From Escherichia coli (GTDB lineage: Bacteria > Pseudomonadota > Gammaproteobacteria > Enterobacterales > Enterobacteriaceae): a stretch of DNA of 64,000 bases. The notes beneath the pieces are model-generated. The model did not search any database, was not told the DNA's origin, and saw only the letters and a list, made by a program, of their open reading frames with translations. Both the position numbers and the translations under genes were made by a program. Position 1 is the first letter of the stretch, and each line of letters begins with the position of its first letter. Where the stretch lies: NCBI RefSeq assembly GCF_003334355.1, contig NZ_QOWP01000002.1; one strand, given 5' to 3'. This document shows, piece by piece, positions 51,858 through 63,835 of this stretch.

Positions 51858-52778
51858 ATGTTTCCACAATGCAAATTTTCCCGCGAGTTTCTACATCCTC
51901 GCTACTGGCTCACATGGTTTGGGCTTGGTGTACTCTGGCTTTGGGTACAGCTTCCTTATCCTGTTCTCTGCTTTCTCGGCACGCGTATTGGCGCAATGGC
52001 GCGACCATTCCTGAAACGTCGTGAATCTATCGCCCGTAAAAACCTGGAACTTTGTTTCCCGCAGCATTCTGCGGAAGAACGCGAGAAGATGATTGCCGAA
52101 AACTTTCGTTCACTCGGCATGGCGCTGGTAGAAACCGGCATGGCATGGTTCTGGCCCGACAGTCGCGTACGTAAATGGTTTGATGTTGAAGGGTTGGATA
52201 ACCTTAAACGCGCACAAATGCAAAATCGCGGCGTAATGGTTGTCGGCGTCCATTTTATGTCGCTGGAACTGGGCGGCCGCGTGATGGGACTGTGCCAACC
52301 AATGATGGCTACCTATCGTCCACATAATAATCAGCTGATGGAATGGGTGCAGACCCGTGGGCGCATGCGCTCTAACAAAGCGATGATCGGCAGAAATAAT
52401 CTGCGCGGCATTGTCGGTGCACTGAAGAAAGGTGAAGCGGTATGGTTTGCTCCCGATCAGGATTATGGTCGTAAAGGCAGCTCCTTCGCGCCGTTCTTTG
52501 CGGTGGAAAATGTCGCCACAACCAATGGCACCTATGTTCTCTCCCGTCTCTCTGGCGCAGCCATGTTGACCGTAACGATGGTAAGAAAAGCGGATTACAG
52601 CGGATATCGTTTGTTCATCACCCCAGAGATGGAAGGCTACCCGACAGATGAAAATCAAGCCGCTGCCTATATGAACAAGATTATCGAGAAAGAGATCATG
52701 CGCGCACCGGAGCAGTACCTCTGGATCCACCGTCGCTTTAAAACGCGCCCGGTGGGAGAATCGTCGTTGTACATTTAA
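51858..52778 (+). CDS. lpxP: lipid A palmitoleoyltransferase (cold-induced)
   Basis: Start at MFPQCKFSREFLHPRYWLTWFG (306 aa), LpxL-paralog. Confidence 0.9.
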   Translation: MFPQCKFSREFLHPRYWLTWFGLGVLWLWVQLPYPVLCFLGTRIGAMARPFLKRRESIARKNLELCFPQHSAEEREKMIAENFRSLGMALVETGMAWFWPDSRVRKWFDVEGLDNLKRAQMQNRGVMVVGVHFMSLELGGRVMGLCQPMMATYRPHNNQLMEWVQTRGRMRSNKAMIGRNNLRGIVGALKKGEAVWFAPDQDYGRKGSSFAPFFAVENVATTNGTYVLSRLSGAAMLTVTMVRKADYSGYRLFITPEMEGYPTDENQAAAYMNKIIEKEIMRAPEQYLWIHRRFKTRPVGESSLYI

Positions 52779-53133
52779 CAAACTGCTCTTACTCTTTCCC
52801 TCCTCAAATCGGCCATAATAACCTCATGGTTTTTATGGCTTTTTTCTTAAGGTTTTTTCCTTCGCTGAATATCTAATTATTACCGTCAGAAATTAAACTG
52901 TCGCCGATATGAGACACTTGTAAGTTACTAAAAGTAAATAAGAAAATGCCTCTTGTCTCGTTTCAGTTTTAGGCGTACATTAGCGCCGTCTCGAGCAGTT
53001 TAGCTCAGAATTCTGGGGTGATGCCCACGGTAAAATACAGGGCTTTTAAGGTCGCTTTGCCCGGTGTCAACTCACTGTATCAGGTGTAATGAAGTCATTC
53101 AGGCGTAACAGTAATTACGCGGAGAGATGTAAA

Positions 53134-53205
53134 GTGAAATATTTCTTTATGGGCATTTCTTTTATGGTCATCGTTTGGGCCAGTACTTTTGCCCTGATGA
53201 TCTAA
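53134..53205 (+). CDS. ypdK: small membrane protein YpdK (23 aa)
   Basis: GTG start after GGAGAG; MKYFFMGISFMVIVWASTFALMI as recalled. Confidence 0.55.
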   Translation: MKYFFMGISFMVIVWASTFALMI

Positions 53206-53269
53206 AAGCAAACTGTGCAATGAAAAACAGGAGCCATCAGGCTCCTGTTTGCATTTCTGACGACGGTGT

Positions 53270-54508
53270 TTATTCCGCGTTTTCGTGAATATGTTTGCTG
53301 CTGGCGGGTAGTAAACCGTCGGCACGGAACATCGCTTTAATCCCTCTGATGGCCTGACGAATACGGTCGCGGTTTTCAATCAGTGCAAAGCGAACATGCG
53401 TATCACCATAGTCGCCAAAGCCAATCCCCGGCGAGACACAAACCTTCGCTTCGTTAAGGAGCTTCTTGGCAAATTCCAGCGATCCCATGGCCGCATATGG
53501 TTCCGGGATTTTCGCCCAGACATACATCGAAGCCTTCGGCATTTCAACCATCCAGCCCGCTTCATGCAGCCCTTTAACCAATACATCACGGCGGCGTTTG
53601 TACTGTTCGGCAATGTCGCGCACGCACTGTTGATCGCCCTCCAGCGCCGCAATCGCCGCCACCTGCAACGGCGTAAAGGTGCCGTAATCGTGATAGCTTT
53701 TAATACGAGCCAGGGCGCTGACCAGCGTTTTGTTGCCAACCATAAAGCCGATACGCCAGCCCGCCATGTTGTAGCTTTTCGACAGCGTAAAGAACTCGAC
53801 TGCCACATCGCGTGCACCCGGTACCTGCATAATTGACGGCGCTTTCCAGCCATCGTAGACGATATCGGCATAGGCCAGGTCATGGACCACCAGCACATCG
53901 TAGCGTTTCGCCAGCGCCACTACTTTTTCGAAGAACTCCAGTTCCACGCATTGCGCGGTTGGGTTTGACGGGAAGCCGAGGATCATCATCTTCGGTTTCG
54001 GATAACTTTCACGAATGGCTCGCTCCAGTTCGTTGAAGAAATCGACACCTTCCACCAGCGGCACTGAGCGTACCTGCGCCCCGGCAATCACCGCGCCATA
54101 AATATGGATCGGGTAACTTGGATTCGGCACCAGCACCGTGTCACCATGATCCAGCGTCGCCAGCATCAGATGCGCCAGGCCCTCTTTCGAACCAATAGTG
54201 ACGATGGCTTCTGATTCCGGGTCGATTTCAACGTCGTAGCGATCCTGATACCAGCGGGAAATGGCGCGACGTAACCGCGGAATGCCGCGTGAAGTGGAGT
54301 AACCATGCGTGTCCGGGCGCTGGGCCACAGTACATAATTTTTCGACGATATGCGGCGGAGTCGCACCGTCCGGGTTACCCATGCTGAAATCGATAATATC
54401 TTCGCCGCGCCGACGCGCAGCCATTTTCAGTTCAGCGGTGATGTTAAAAACGTAGGGCGGGAGACGATCAATGCGCGTAAAGCGACGTTCAGGGCGAGTG
54501 TCAGCCAT
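53270..54508 (-). CDS. alaC: glutamate-pyruvate aminotransferase AlaC
   Basis: 412 aa class I aminotransferase. Confidence 0.9.
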   Translation of the reverse strand: MADTRPERRFTRIDRLPPYVFNITAELKMAARRRGEDIIDFSMGNPDGATPPHIVEKLCTVAQRPDTHGYSTSRGIPRLRRAISRWYQDRYDVEIDPESEAIVTIGSKEGLAHLMLATLDHGDTVLVPNPSYPIHIYGAVIAGAQVRSVPLVEGVDFFNELERAIRESYPKPKMMILGFPSNPTAQCVELEFFEKVVALAKRYDVLVVHDLAYADIVYDGWKAPSIMQVPGARDVAVEFFTLSKSYNMAGWRIGFMVGNKTLVSALARIKSYHDYGTFTPLQVAAIAALEGDQQCVRDIAEQYKRRRDVLVKGLHEAGWMVEMPKASMYVWAKIPEPYAAMGSLEFAKKLLNEAKVCVSPGIGFGDYGDTHVRFALIENRDRIRQAIRGIKAMFRADGLLPASSKHIHENAE

Positions 54509-54884
54509 AATTTCCTCAGATTAACGTTAGCGCCCGGACCGTCCGAGCGACGCTGCCACAATGGTGGCTGTTTTGAAAATAGCCTGATTAATTTCTGTCT
54601 GTCCAGCGTTTTAGAACATTTTTATCAATGGCTTTAAATGAGGAACTCAACTTCAAAAACAGGAAATTTTTCTACGCTAACAAGAAAATTACCACCAATT
54701 TTATTAACATTATAATTTCAATAAATTTACCATCCAGAAGCGCATTATCAAGAGATACATTGCTAATACACCATTTATCTTTCAATCCCCTTTTAAATTT
54801 ATGGTTTTTCCTCAAAAACGGCCTGCTGGTCATCAGCCTTCAGGTTACCTATCATAGAGGTTTAATCCTTATTCAGAGTCACCC

Positions 54885-56582
54885 GTGCACGAAATATTCA
54901 ACATGCTGCTGGCGGTCTTCGATCGGGCAGCGTTAATGCTTATCTGCCTGTTCTTTCTCATCCGTATCCGCCTGTTTCGCGAACTGTTGCACAAGTCGGC
55001 GCACTCCCCAAAAGAATTGCTCGCCGTTACCGCCATTTTCTCGCTGTTCGCCCTGTTCAGCACCTGGTCCGGCGTTCCCGTAGAAGGCTCGCTGGTGAAC
55101 GTACGTATTATCGCGGTGATGTCCGGCGGGATTCTGTTTGGCCCGTGGGTAGGCATCATTACCGGCGTGATTGCGGGTATTCACCGGTATTTAATTGATA
55201 TCGGCGGCGTGACGGCGATCCCCTGCTTTATCACCAGCATTCTGGCGGGTTGTATATCGGGCTGGATCAACCTGAAAATCCCCAAAGCACAGCGCTGGCG
55301 CGTCGGTATTCTCGGCGGCATGTTGTGTGAGACGTTGACCATGATTCTGGTAATTGTCTGGGCACCAACTACCGCGTTGGGGATCGATATCGTCTCTAAA
55401 ATCGGCATTCCAATGATCCTCGGTAGCGTCTGTATCGGCTTTATTGTGCTTCTGGTGCAAAGCGTTGAGGGCGAAAAAGAGGCCAGCGCCGCGCGGCAGG
55501 CCAAGCTGGCGCTGGATATCGCCAACAAAACGCTACCGCTGTTTCGCCATGTCAATAGCGAGTCATTACGCAAGGTCTGCGAAATTATCCGCGATGACAT
55601 TCACGCCGATGCGGTGGCGATTACTAATACCGATCATGTGCTGGCCTATGTTGGCGTGGGTGAGCATAACTATCAGAATGGCGATGACTTCATTAGCCCG
55701 ACGACCCGTCAGGCGATGAATTACGGAAAAATCATCATTAAAAACAATGATGAAGCCCACCGTACGCCGGAAATCCACTCGATGCTGGTGATCCCGCTTT
55801 GGGAGAAAGGCGTTGTGACCGGAACGCTGAAAATTTACTACTGCCACGCACATCAGATAACCTCGTCATTACAGGAAATGGCGGTTGGTCTGTCGCAAAT
55901 CATCTCCACGCAACTGGAGGTTTCACGCGCCGAGCAGCTACGTGAAATGGCAAATAAGGCAGAGCTTCGCGCCCTGCAAAGCAAAATTAATCCCCATTTT
56001 CTGTTTAACGCTTTGAACGCTATTTCATCGTCAATCCGTCTGAATCCGGATACCGCTCGCCAGCTGATCTTTAATCTGTCGCGTTATCTGCGCTATAACA
56101 TTGAATTAAAAGACGATGAGCAAATCGATATCAAAAAAGAGCTGTATCAAATTAAAGACTATATTGCCATTGAGCAGGCCCGCTTTGGCGACAAGCTCAC
56201 GGTTATCTATGATATTGATGAAGAGGTGAATTGCTGCATTCCCAGCCTGCTGATCCAGCCGTTGGTGGAGAATGCCATTGTCCACGGTATCCAGCCTTGC
56301 AAAGGTAAAGGCGTTGTCACCATCAGCGTTGCAGAGTGCGGCAATCGGGTACGCATTGCGGTGCGGGATACCGGGCACGGCATCGATCCAAAGGTGATTG
56401 AGCGGGTCGAAGCGAATGAAATGCCGGGCAATAAAATTGGCCTGCTGAATGTTCATCATCGCGTGAAGTTATTGTATGGCGAGGGGCTGCATATCCGCCG
56501 CCTGGAACCAGGAACGGAAATTGCGTTTTACATTCCTAACCAACGCACCCCAGTCGCCTCACAGGCTACGTTATTGCTTTGA
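54885..56582 (+). CDS. ypdA: LytS-type sensor histidine kinase YpdA
   Basis: 565 aa, 5TM-LytS domain, GAF, His kinase. Confidence 0.9.
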
Positions 56583-56596
56583 GCCGGAGTGATATT

Positions 56597-57331
56597 GTGA
56601 AAGTCATCATTGTTGAAGACGAATTCCTGGCACAACAGGAACTGAGCTGGCTAATTAAAGAGCACAGCCAGATGGAGATTGTCGGCACCTTTGACGACGG
56701 TCTGGACGTGTTGAAGTTTTTGCAGCATAACCGCGTCGACGCCATTTTTCTGGATATCAATATTCCGTCGCTGGATGGTGTGTTGCTGGCGCAAAACATC
56801 AGCCAGTTCGCCCATAAACCGTTTATTGTGTTCATCACCGCGTGGAAAGAACATGCGGTAGAAGCGTTTGAACTGGAGGCGTTTGACTACATTCTCAAAC
56901 CGTATCAGGAGTCACGCATTACCGGGATGCTGCAAAAACTGGAAGCGGCCTGGCAACAACAGCAGACCAGCAGCACGCCTGCCGCGACGGTAACGCGTGA
57001 GAATGACACCATTAATCTGGTGAAAGATGAGCGAATAATCGTCACGCCAATTAACGATATCTATTACGCCGAAGCGCACGAGAAAATGACCTTTGTCTAT
57101 ACGCGGCGTGAATCCTACGTAATGCCGATGAACATTACCGAATTTTGCAGCAAACTGCCGCCGTCGCATTTTTTCCGCTGCCATCGCTCATTTTGTGTCA
57201 ATCTGAACAAAATCCGCGAAATCGAACCGTGGTTTAATAACACCTATATTCTGCGGCTGAAAGATCTGGATTTTGAAGTGCCAGTCAGCCGCAGCAAAGT
57301 AAAAGAATTTCGCCAGTTAATGCATCTTTAA
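56597..57331 (+). CDS. ypdB: LytTR-family response regulator YpdB
   Basis: GTG start (244 aa); receiver and LytTR domain. Confidence 0.9.
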   Translation: MKVIIVEDEFLAQQELSWLIKEHSQMEIVGTFDDGLDVLKFLQHNRVDAIFLDINIPSLDGVLLAQNISQFAHKPFIVFITAWKEHAVEAFELEAFDYILKPYQESRITGMLQKLEAAWQQQQTSSTPAATVTRENDTINLVKDERIIVTPINDIYYAEAHEKMTFVYTRRESYVMPMNITEFCSKLPPSHFFRCHRSFCVNLNKIREIEPWFNNTYILRLKDLDFEVPVSRSKVKEFRQLMHL

Positions 57332-57343
57332 TCGGGAACTTTC

Positions 57344-58201
57344 ATGAAAGCACCAGGCTTGCCCGCCGATCAACAATTTTTCGCCGATCTGTTCAGCGGC
57401 CTGGTGCTTAACCCGCAACTACTGGGGCGCGTCTGGTTTGCCAGCCAGCCTGCCTCGTTGCCGGTGGGCAGTTTATGTATTGATTTTCCCCGTCTGGATA
57501 TCGTGCTGCGCGGCGAATACGGCAATCTGCTGGAAGCAAAGCAGCAACGTTTGGTGGAAGGAGAAATGCTGTTTATTCCGGCGCGCGCGGCTAATTTACC
57601 GGTCAACAACAAACCGGTGATGCTGTTAAGCCTGGTGTTCGCTCCGACCTGGCTTGGGTTATCGTTTTACGATAGCCGCACCACGTCGTTGTTGCATCCT
57701 GCTCGCCAGATCCAGCTTCCCAGCCTGCAACGCGGTGAAGGTGAAGCGATGCTTACCGCCCTCACCCATCTTAGCCGTTCGCCGCTGGAGCAAAATATCA
57801 TTCAGCCGCTGGTGTTAAGTTTGCTGCATCTTTGCCGTAGCGTGGTGAATATGCCGCCGGGCAATTCGCAGCCGCGCGGCGATTTTCTCTATCACAGCAT
57901 TTGTAACTGGGTTCAGGATAATTATGCCCAGCCGCTCACCCGCGAGAGCGTGGCGCAGTTTTTTAATATCACGCCCAATCATCTGTCAAAACTGTTTGCT
58001 CAGCATGGAACGATGCGTTTTATCGAGTATGTGCGTTGGGTGCGAATGGCGAAGGCGAGGATGATTTTGCAGAAATATCATCTGTCAATTCATGAAGTGG
58101 CACAGCGTTGCGGTTTTCCGGATAGCGACTATTTTTGTCGCGTTTTCCGGCGTCAGTTTGGTCTGACGCCGGGAGAGTACAGCGCCCGTTTTCAGGGCTA
58201 A
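57344..58201 (+). CDS. ypdC: AraC-family transcriptional regulator YpdC
   Basis: 285 aa, C-terminal AraC HTH. Confidence 0.9.
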   Translation: MKAPGLPADQQFFADLFSGLVLNPQLLGRVWFASQPASLPVGSLCIDFPRLDIVLRGEYGNLLEAKQQRLVEGEMLFIPARAANLPVNNKPVMLLSLVFAPTWLGLSFYDSRTTSLLHPARQIQLPSLQRGEGEAMLTALTHLSRSPLEQNIIQPLVLSLLHLCRSVVNMPPGNSQPRGDFLYHSICNWVQDNYAQPLTRESVAQFFNITPNHLSKLFAQHGTMRFIEYVRWVRMAKARMILQKYHLSIHEVAQRCGFPDSDYFCRVFRRQFGLTPGEYSARFQG

Positions 58202-58203
58202 CG

Positions 58204-60699
58204 TCAGAAGGTTAATTCTGTTTCCAGCAGCGTCAGGATACTTTGTGCATCTTGCGCGGCAAACAACGACTGGCGGAAGTTTTTATTCACCAGTTTACGC
58301 GCCAGCTGCGAGAAGACTTTCACATGATTCATCCCTTCGTTAGCACCCAGCGTCAGCATGATCACCAGTTCGACTTCGCCCATTTCTGACTGCCAGTCAA
58401 TCGGTTTCGCCAGCCGGGTAATGCTGATACTGGAATGACGGATCCACTGTGATTTGGTATGCGGGATCGCCACGCCAAAACCAACGCCAGTGGTGACTAT
58501 CTCTTCCCGCTGCCAGACATCTTCTTCCAGCTCAAACGGATGTTCAGTGCGCCCGTTAACGCCGAGGTTGCCGCACAGGAACTGGATCGCCTGCTCTTTA
58601 TTGCTAAATTCCTGATCAACAAAGATATTCTCCAGCGCCAGCAGTGGGCGAACGTCTTCTTCCGGCGTAAAGGCGGTGAGTAACGCTTCAATTTCCTGCG
58701 CACTGCGGCATTCACATGCCTGACGCGCCAGTTCCCGACACGCCTCGCTATCCAGTTGACGAAGCTGGCTTTTCACCGCCGGAATACGCGGGCTACTCAT
58801 ACTCAGCTCATCCAGGCCCAGCCCAAGCAGTAGCGGCAGATAACGGCTTTCACCGCCCAGTTCACCGCAAATGCCTACCCATTTGCCCCGCTGATGCGCA
58901 GTGGTAACTATTTGCTGCAACATGCGCAGGAACGATGGCGTAATCGGGTTATATAGCGGCGATACGCGCGGGTTATTACGATCGACCGCATACAGATACT
59001 GGGTCATATCGTTGGAGCCGATACTGAAGAAATCGACCTCATCGCAGAAGTGGTCGATGATGTAGCACACCGACGGAACTTCCACCATGATCCCAAGCGT
59101 AATCGTCTCTGCATGACGCAGGCCATCGCGCTTAAGCTCAACGATCGCTTTTTGGATCTCGCCTTTCACCCATAAGATCTGATCGAGGCTGTGAACCATC
59201 GGGATCATCAACTGGGCGTTGCCGAAACTGGCGGCGCGCAAAATGGCCCGCAGTTGAGTGCGGAACAGGCCAGCAAATTCCGGGTAAATACGTACCGCGC
59301 GATAGCCGAGGAACGGGTTCTCTTCCTGGGGAATATTCAGATAAGGAATGCTTTTATCGCCGCCGATGTCCATCGTGCGGAAGATAATCGGCTTGTCGCC
59401 CGCCGCCAGTAGCACCTGCTGGTAGGCTTCAAATTGCTCCTGCTCGTCCGGCGCGCTGTCGCGATCCATATAGAGCATTTCGGTACGGAACAGCCCGACA
59501 CCTTCCGCGCCGTTGGCAAACGCGCCTGGCGCTTCCAGAGCGGTGCCGATATTCGCCGCAATATCAATACGCTTGTTATCACGGGAATAGGCCAGCTGCG
59601 CGGCAGCCTGCGCCTGTTGTTTTTGGCGTTTATCCGCCAGCGTCTGCGCGACCTGATAATAACCGCTCACCGCGTCATTCGGGTTAATCGCCAGCACGCC
59701 GCACTGGGCGTCAAGCACTGCAGGTTGCCCGGCATAACGGGCAATCGCATCCAGCGGCAAGCCACTCAGTACCGGGATCGCCGAGGCACGGGCCAGAATC
59801 AGTGTATGCGAGGTGCGCCCGGTTTTCTCCAGAATCATGCCCGCAAGATTTTTCAAATCAAGGCTCAAAAACTGGCTTGGGGTTAAATCTTCAGCCACCA
59901 GAATGGTCGGTTTTTCAAGCACCAGCTTGTTGCGCGGCTTCAGTTCCGGCCAGGTGATATGCAGCAACTGTTCGCTGATATCGCGAATGTCGCTAACACG
60001 TTCGCGCAGATAATCGCTGGCAGAGGCAGAAAGTTTGGCGCAAACCTGCTCCATATTGCTGATGATCGCCGCCCCCAGCCCCTGATGCTGTTCTGTCATC
60101 AGGCGACGGATATTGCCTGCAAATTCATCATCCTGAATCAGCGACAAATGGGCGCTGAGGATAGTTTTGCTTTCGCCGTCACGCTCACGCAATTGCTGGT
60201 TCAGTTGCTCGGCAAGCGTTGCCAGGCTGTGCTCCAGCCGGGTGGAATCTTGCGCACTGGCGGGGATTGCCCGATAACTGTCGAGGCTGTCGCTTTGTAA
60301 CAGGGTCAGCGTACCCACGCCGACGCCGCTTGCCAGCACATTGCCGTACAGTAAATCCGGGTTAAGGCGGCTTAATGAACGCGGCAGCGGATGCGCCGTC
60401 AGTTCTGCCTGCGTAGGCTGAACGCTGTCGCTGTCGATAAAGCGCACCTGGATGTACTCTTCCAGCACGCGCCGCGCCTGCTCTTCATCGCTGCCGCTAA
60501 TGTTCAGGCTGCAACTGTCATTAAATAGGGTGCCGGTGCCAATCAGCGCCAGCGAGCTTTTCGCATCTGCCTTTGCGTTCTGGCGATGGTTAATAAAAGT
60601 GATTTCGCTTTGCCACTGGCTGCACTGTTCTTTAAGTTCCCACGCCGGACGAGCATGTAGACCGTTAGGCAAAGGACAGAGAAATTGAATCGTTAACAT
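58204..60699 (-). CDS. fryA: PTS multiphosphoryl transfer protein (HPr-EI-IIA fusion)
   Basis: 831 aa with HPr-like N-terminus, EI domain, IIA-Fru domain. Confidence 0.9.
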   Translation of the reverse strand: MLTIQFLCPLPNGLHARPAWELKEQCSQWQSEITFINHRQNAKADAKSSLALIGTGTLFNDSCSLNISGSDEEQARRVLEEYIQVRFIDSDSVQPTQAELTAHPLPRSLSRLNPDLLYGNVLASGVGVGTLTLLQSDSLDSYRAIPASAQDSTRLEHSLATLAEQLNQQLRERDGESKTILSAHLSLIQDDEFAGNIRRLMTEQHQGLGAAIISNMEQVCAKLSASASDYLRERVSDIRDISEQLLHITWPELKPRNKLVLEKPTILVAEDLTPSQFLSLDLKNLAGMILEKTGRTSHTLILARASAIPVLSGLPLDAIARYAGQPAVLDAQCGVLAINPNDAVSGYYQVAQTLADKRQKQQAQAAAQLAYSRDNKRIDIAANIGTALEAPGAFANGAEGVGLFRTEMLYMDRDSAPDEQEQFEAYQQVLLAAGDKPIIFRTMDIGGDKSIPYLNIPQEENPFLGYRAVRIYPEFAGLFRTQLRAILRAASFGNAQLMIPMVHSLDQILWVKGEIQKAIVELKRDGLRHAETITLGIMVEVPSVCYIIDHFCDEVDFFSIGSNDMTQYLYAVDRNNPRVSPLYNPITPSFLRMLQQIVTTAHQRGKWVGICGELGGESRYLPLLLGLGLDELSMSSPRIPAVKSQLRQLDSEACRELARQACECRSAQEIEALLTAFTPEEDVRPLLALENIFVDQEFSNKEQAIQFLCGNLGVNGRTEHPFELEEDVWQREEIVTTGVGFGVAIPHTKSQWIRHSSISITRLAKPIDWQSEMGEVELVIMLTLGANEGMNHVKVFSQLARKLVNKNFRQSLFAAQDAQSILTLLETELTF

Positions 60700-60723
60700 A
60701 ACCGCTCCGGGTTAATCAGGAGA

Positions 60724-61761
60724 TCATCTGAAATCCGTCAGTTGAACAACCGTCTCACGCGTAAGACGTTGAATAAGGGCAGATAAAAGTTGCTGCATCT
60801 GCAAAATGTCGCGGCAATCGGCAATCGATGCGGCGCAATGTCCATGGCGGGTTGCTGGCCCCATCACCACTGTGGGCACGCCGGTGCCGGTTAAGTGCAC
60901 CGCCCCGCCGTCCGTGCCGCCGTTGCTGAACATATCTGCCTGCAACGGCACGCCAATTTCTGCCGCCACGGTTTCGACCCAGGCGGTAAGTTTTGGCGGC
61001 GCAATCAGCGACTTGTCGCTTAACACCAGCATCGGCCCGTTACCAATCTGGCGATGGTTAGCCGCGCCATAATCAAAGTTTTTCGCCCAGCAGGCGGTAT
61101 CAAGCACAATGGCGACGTCCGGCGACACCGCGCGGGTGGCAGTTTGCCCGCCGCGTAATCCCACCTCTTCGCTGGAACTTGCCACCAGCCACACTTCCGC
61201 AGGTAGTTCGGCGTCGTGCAGTTCGCGCAGTAACGTCACCAGCAGATAGCAACCGAGGCGGTCATCAAAGGCTTTCCCCATCACTCGCTGGTGAGGGAGA
61301 ACCTGAAAAGTGGTATCAAACGTGACGCGATCGCCGGGACGAATTCCCGCCTGCATCACTTCGTCATAGGAGCGCGCACCAATGTCCACGCGCATGGCGC
61401 TGACGTCATTCCCCTGCCGGTCGCCGTCAAGCAGGCCTGGAATTTTGCACTCTTCACGGGTGGTGATGCGCACCGGCTGCAGCTGGCGGGCAGCCATGCG
61501 TACGTTGCCAACCGGCAGCACATCAATCGCCCCTTCGCGGGAGATGCTGCGCACCATAAATCCCACTTCGTCCATATGCGCACAGATCATCACCTTCGGA
61601 CCTGTCGATTCATTCAGGCGGATCAGCACCGATCCCAGACCATCAAATCGCACTTCTTTTTGCAGGCGATCCGCTTCTTCCAGCAGGATCTGCCGCACTT
61701 CCTGTTCCGAGGAGGCGATCGCATCTGCCTCGCTCAACGCTTTTAATAGCGATAAATCCAT
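60724..61761 (-). CDS. ypdE: M42-family aminopeptidase
   Basis: 345 aa. Confidence 0.85.
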   Translation of the reverse strand: MDLSLLKALSEADAIASSEQEVRQILLEEADRLQKEVRFDGLGSVLIRLNESTGPKVMICAHMDEVGFMVRSISREGAIDVLPVGNVRMAARQLQPVRITTREECKIPGLLDGDRQGNDVSAMRVDIGARSYDEVMQAGIRPGDRVTFDTTFQVLPHQRVMGKAFDDRLGCYLLVTLLRELHDAELPAEVWLVASSSEEVGLRGGQTATRAVSPDVAIVLDTACWAKNFDYGAANHRQIGNGPMLVLSDKSLIAPPKLTAWVETVAAEIGVPLQADMFSNGGTDGGAVHLTGTGVPTVVMGPATRHGHCAASIADCRDILQMQQLLSALIQRLTRETVVQLTDFR

Positions 61762-62846
61762 TATGCCTCTCCCGTGAGCAACACTGTTTTCGGCATGGCG
61801 TAGAGCACTTCTGCGCCTTGCGGGGTAACCAGCACAACATCTTCGATGCGCACGCCCCCTTGCCCTGGCAAATAAATCCCCGGCTCCACGGTCAGTAACA
61901 TGCCTGGCTGTAGCGTCGTGGTGTCCCGCGGTGAAAAACGCGGATCTTCATGAACTTCAATGCCGATAGCGTGACCGGTGTTATGACCGAAATAGTCGCC
62001 ATAACCTGCTTCTGTAATGACCCGGCGCGCGGCATCGTCAACCTGCTGGCAGCGCACGCCGGGGCGAATCGCGGAGATTGCTGCGAGCTGTGCCTGCAGG
62101 ACAATTTGATAGACGTTAAACAGCGGGTGAGATTCGGCGCTCACCCCTTCGCCATTCACCAGCAAGGTGCGCGTCATATCAGAGCAGTAGCCCTGATACA
62201 GCGCACCGAAATCGAGAGTGACAAACTCGCCCGCTGCAACAATCTTGTCGCTGGCTTTGCCGTGCGGCAGCGCCCCACGCCAGCCACTGGCGACAATGGT
62301 GTCAAAAGAGGCTTTTTCTGCGCCCTGCTGGCGCATAAACCACTCCAGTTCAGCGGCTATCTCGCGCTCGCTCATCCCCGCCTGAATAAAGCGGCGAATA
62401 TGCTCTGCACCGCGATCAGCAATCCCACAGGCGAGGCGGATTTTCTCCACCTCCTCTGGCGTTTTGATTTGCCGCAGCACATCCGGCGTGGCGCTAACCA
62501 GTTTCGCATTGAGTTCAGACTGCCAGCGGTGCGCGGTTTCCCAACTCACCTGCTGGCCCTCAAAACCGAGCGTTTGCAACTGTTCATCGGCAATGATTTG
62601 ATTGACGATAGTGGTAAGCGTGTTCGTCGCGTCAAGCAAATGCAGCTGGTAGCCTTGCGCACGGGCTTCCACCTCAACGTAATAGCGCGAATCCACCAGA
62701 ATGTGCGCACTTTCACGGCTAATCACCACATAACCTGATCCGGTGGAGATCCCCAGATGCGGCTGTTTGTTCTGCCGTGAGGAGAGAAGCACTGCATCCA
62801 GTTGTTGCGCCTTAAGCCAGTCGCGCAGCGAAGCGAGTAATGTCAT
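61761..62846 (-). CDS. ypdF: Xaa-Pro aminopeptidase (M24)
   Basis: 361 aa with M24 metal ligand pattern. Confidence 0.85.
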   Translation of the reverse strand: MTLLASLRDWLKAQQLDAVLLSSRQNKQPHLGISTGSGYVVISRESAHILVDSRYYVEVEARAQGYQLHLLDATNTLTTIVNQIIADEQLQTLGFEGQQVSWETAHRWQSELNAKLVSATPDVLRQIKTPEEVEKIRLACGIADRGAEHIRRFIQAGMSEREIAAELEWFMRQQGAEKASFDTIVASGWRGALPHGKASDKIVAAGEFVTLDFGALYQGYCSDMTRTLLVNGEGVSAESHPLFNVYQIVLQAQLAAISAIRPGVRCQQVDDAARRVITEAGYGDYFGHNTGHAIGIEVHEDPRFSPRDTTTLQPGMLLTVEPGIYLPGQGGVRIEDVVLVTPQGAEVLYAMPKTVLLTGEA

Positions 62847-62860
62847 CTGGATTTTCCTTC

Positions 62861-63470
62861 TTACAGGCTATCGATTAACAATTTGCCTTTACGGAACATC
62901 ATCAGACGCAGGAACACCACCATCAGCGCAGTTATGACTGCCCCCAGCGCGATCCCCGCCATATAGACGCCCAGGTTAGTGACCAGCGGCCATGCCCAGA
63001 TAGCGGACTCCGGGAACCATTGCACTGCGCCCAGCCAGACAGCGGCGGTTGAGCCGACAATAGCGCCGACCATATACGACGGAATGGCGGTGATGGGGCT
63101 TTCCAGCGCAAACGGAATCGCACCCTCACTGATCCCCATAAACGCCAGGAACATGGCGGTCTTACCCTGCGGATAAAGTTGAGCGTTGAACAGGCGTTTG
63201 CCGGTTAAACGACGGTCGATAATGGTCGCCAGCCCCAGACCAATCGGCGGAATAACGATAGCGATAGAACGAGCGGTGACCGGTAATACGTGGTCAGTGG
63301 TAAAGCTGAAGGCAACAAAACCTGCGGCTTTGTTGATCGGGCCACCAAGGTCGATTGCTGTCGCCGCGGCGATCCCCATTGCGTACATCAGCGCGCCCTT
63401 CTCACCTGCGGCAGTCAGCACAGTACGGATACCGCCGTTGATCCAGCCACCAAAGGGGGTGATGACGTAG
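62861..63470 (-). pseudogene. fryC: fryC (PTS fructose-like IIC) 3' fragment, interrupted by IS3
   Basis: Frame …YYVITPFGGWINGGIRTVLTAAGEKGALMYAM… runs open into the IS3 terminus at 63471; no start codon in window. Confidence 0.8.
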
Positions 63471-63535
63471 TGATCTTACCCAGCAATAGTGGACACGCGG
63501 CTAAGTGAGTAAACTCTCAGTCAGAGGTGACTCAC

Positions 63536-63835
63536 ATGACAAAAACAGTATCAACCAGTAAAAAACCCCGTAAACAGCATTCGCCTGAATTTCGCAGTGA
63601 AGCCCTGAAGCTTGCTGAACGCATCGGTGTTACTGCCGCAGCCCGTGAACTCAGCCTGTATGAATCACAACTCTACAACTGGCGCAGTAAACAGCAAAAT
63701 CAGCAGACGTCTTCTGAACGTGAACTGGAGATGTCTACCGAGATTGCACGTCTCAAACGCCAGCTGGCAGAACGGGATGAAGAGCTGGCTATCCTCCAAA
63801 AGGCCGCGACATACTTCGCGAAGCGCCTGAAATGA
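63536..63835 (+). CDS. insE: IS3 transposase OrfA (InsE)
   Basis: [31 protein letters not shown]… HTH/leucine-zipper. Confidence 0.9.

Noticed and set aside
53380-53898. 172-aa minus-strand ORF (and 53095-53379)
   Set aside because: Alternative frames within or overlapping alaC; Arg/Trp-rich translation typical of out-of-frame reading of a GC-rich gene.
55181-56459. Minus-strand ORFs of 74-139 aa
   Set aside because: Antisense within ypdA, a clear LytS-type histidine kinase.
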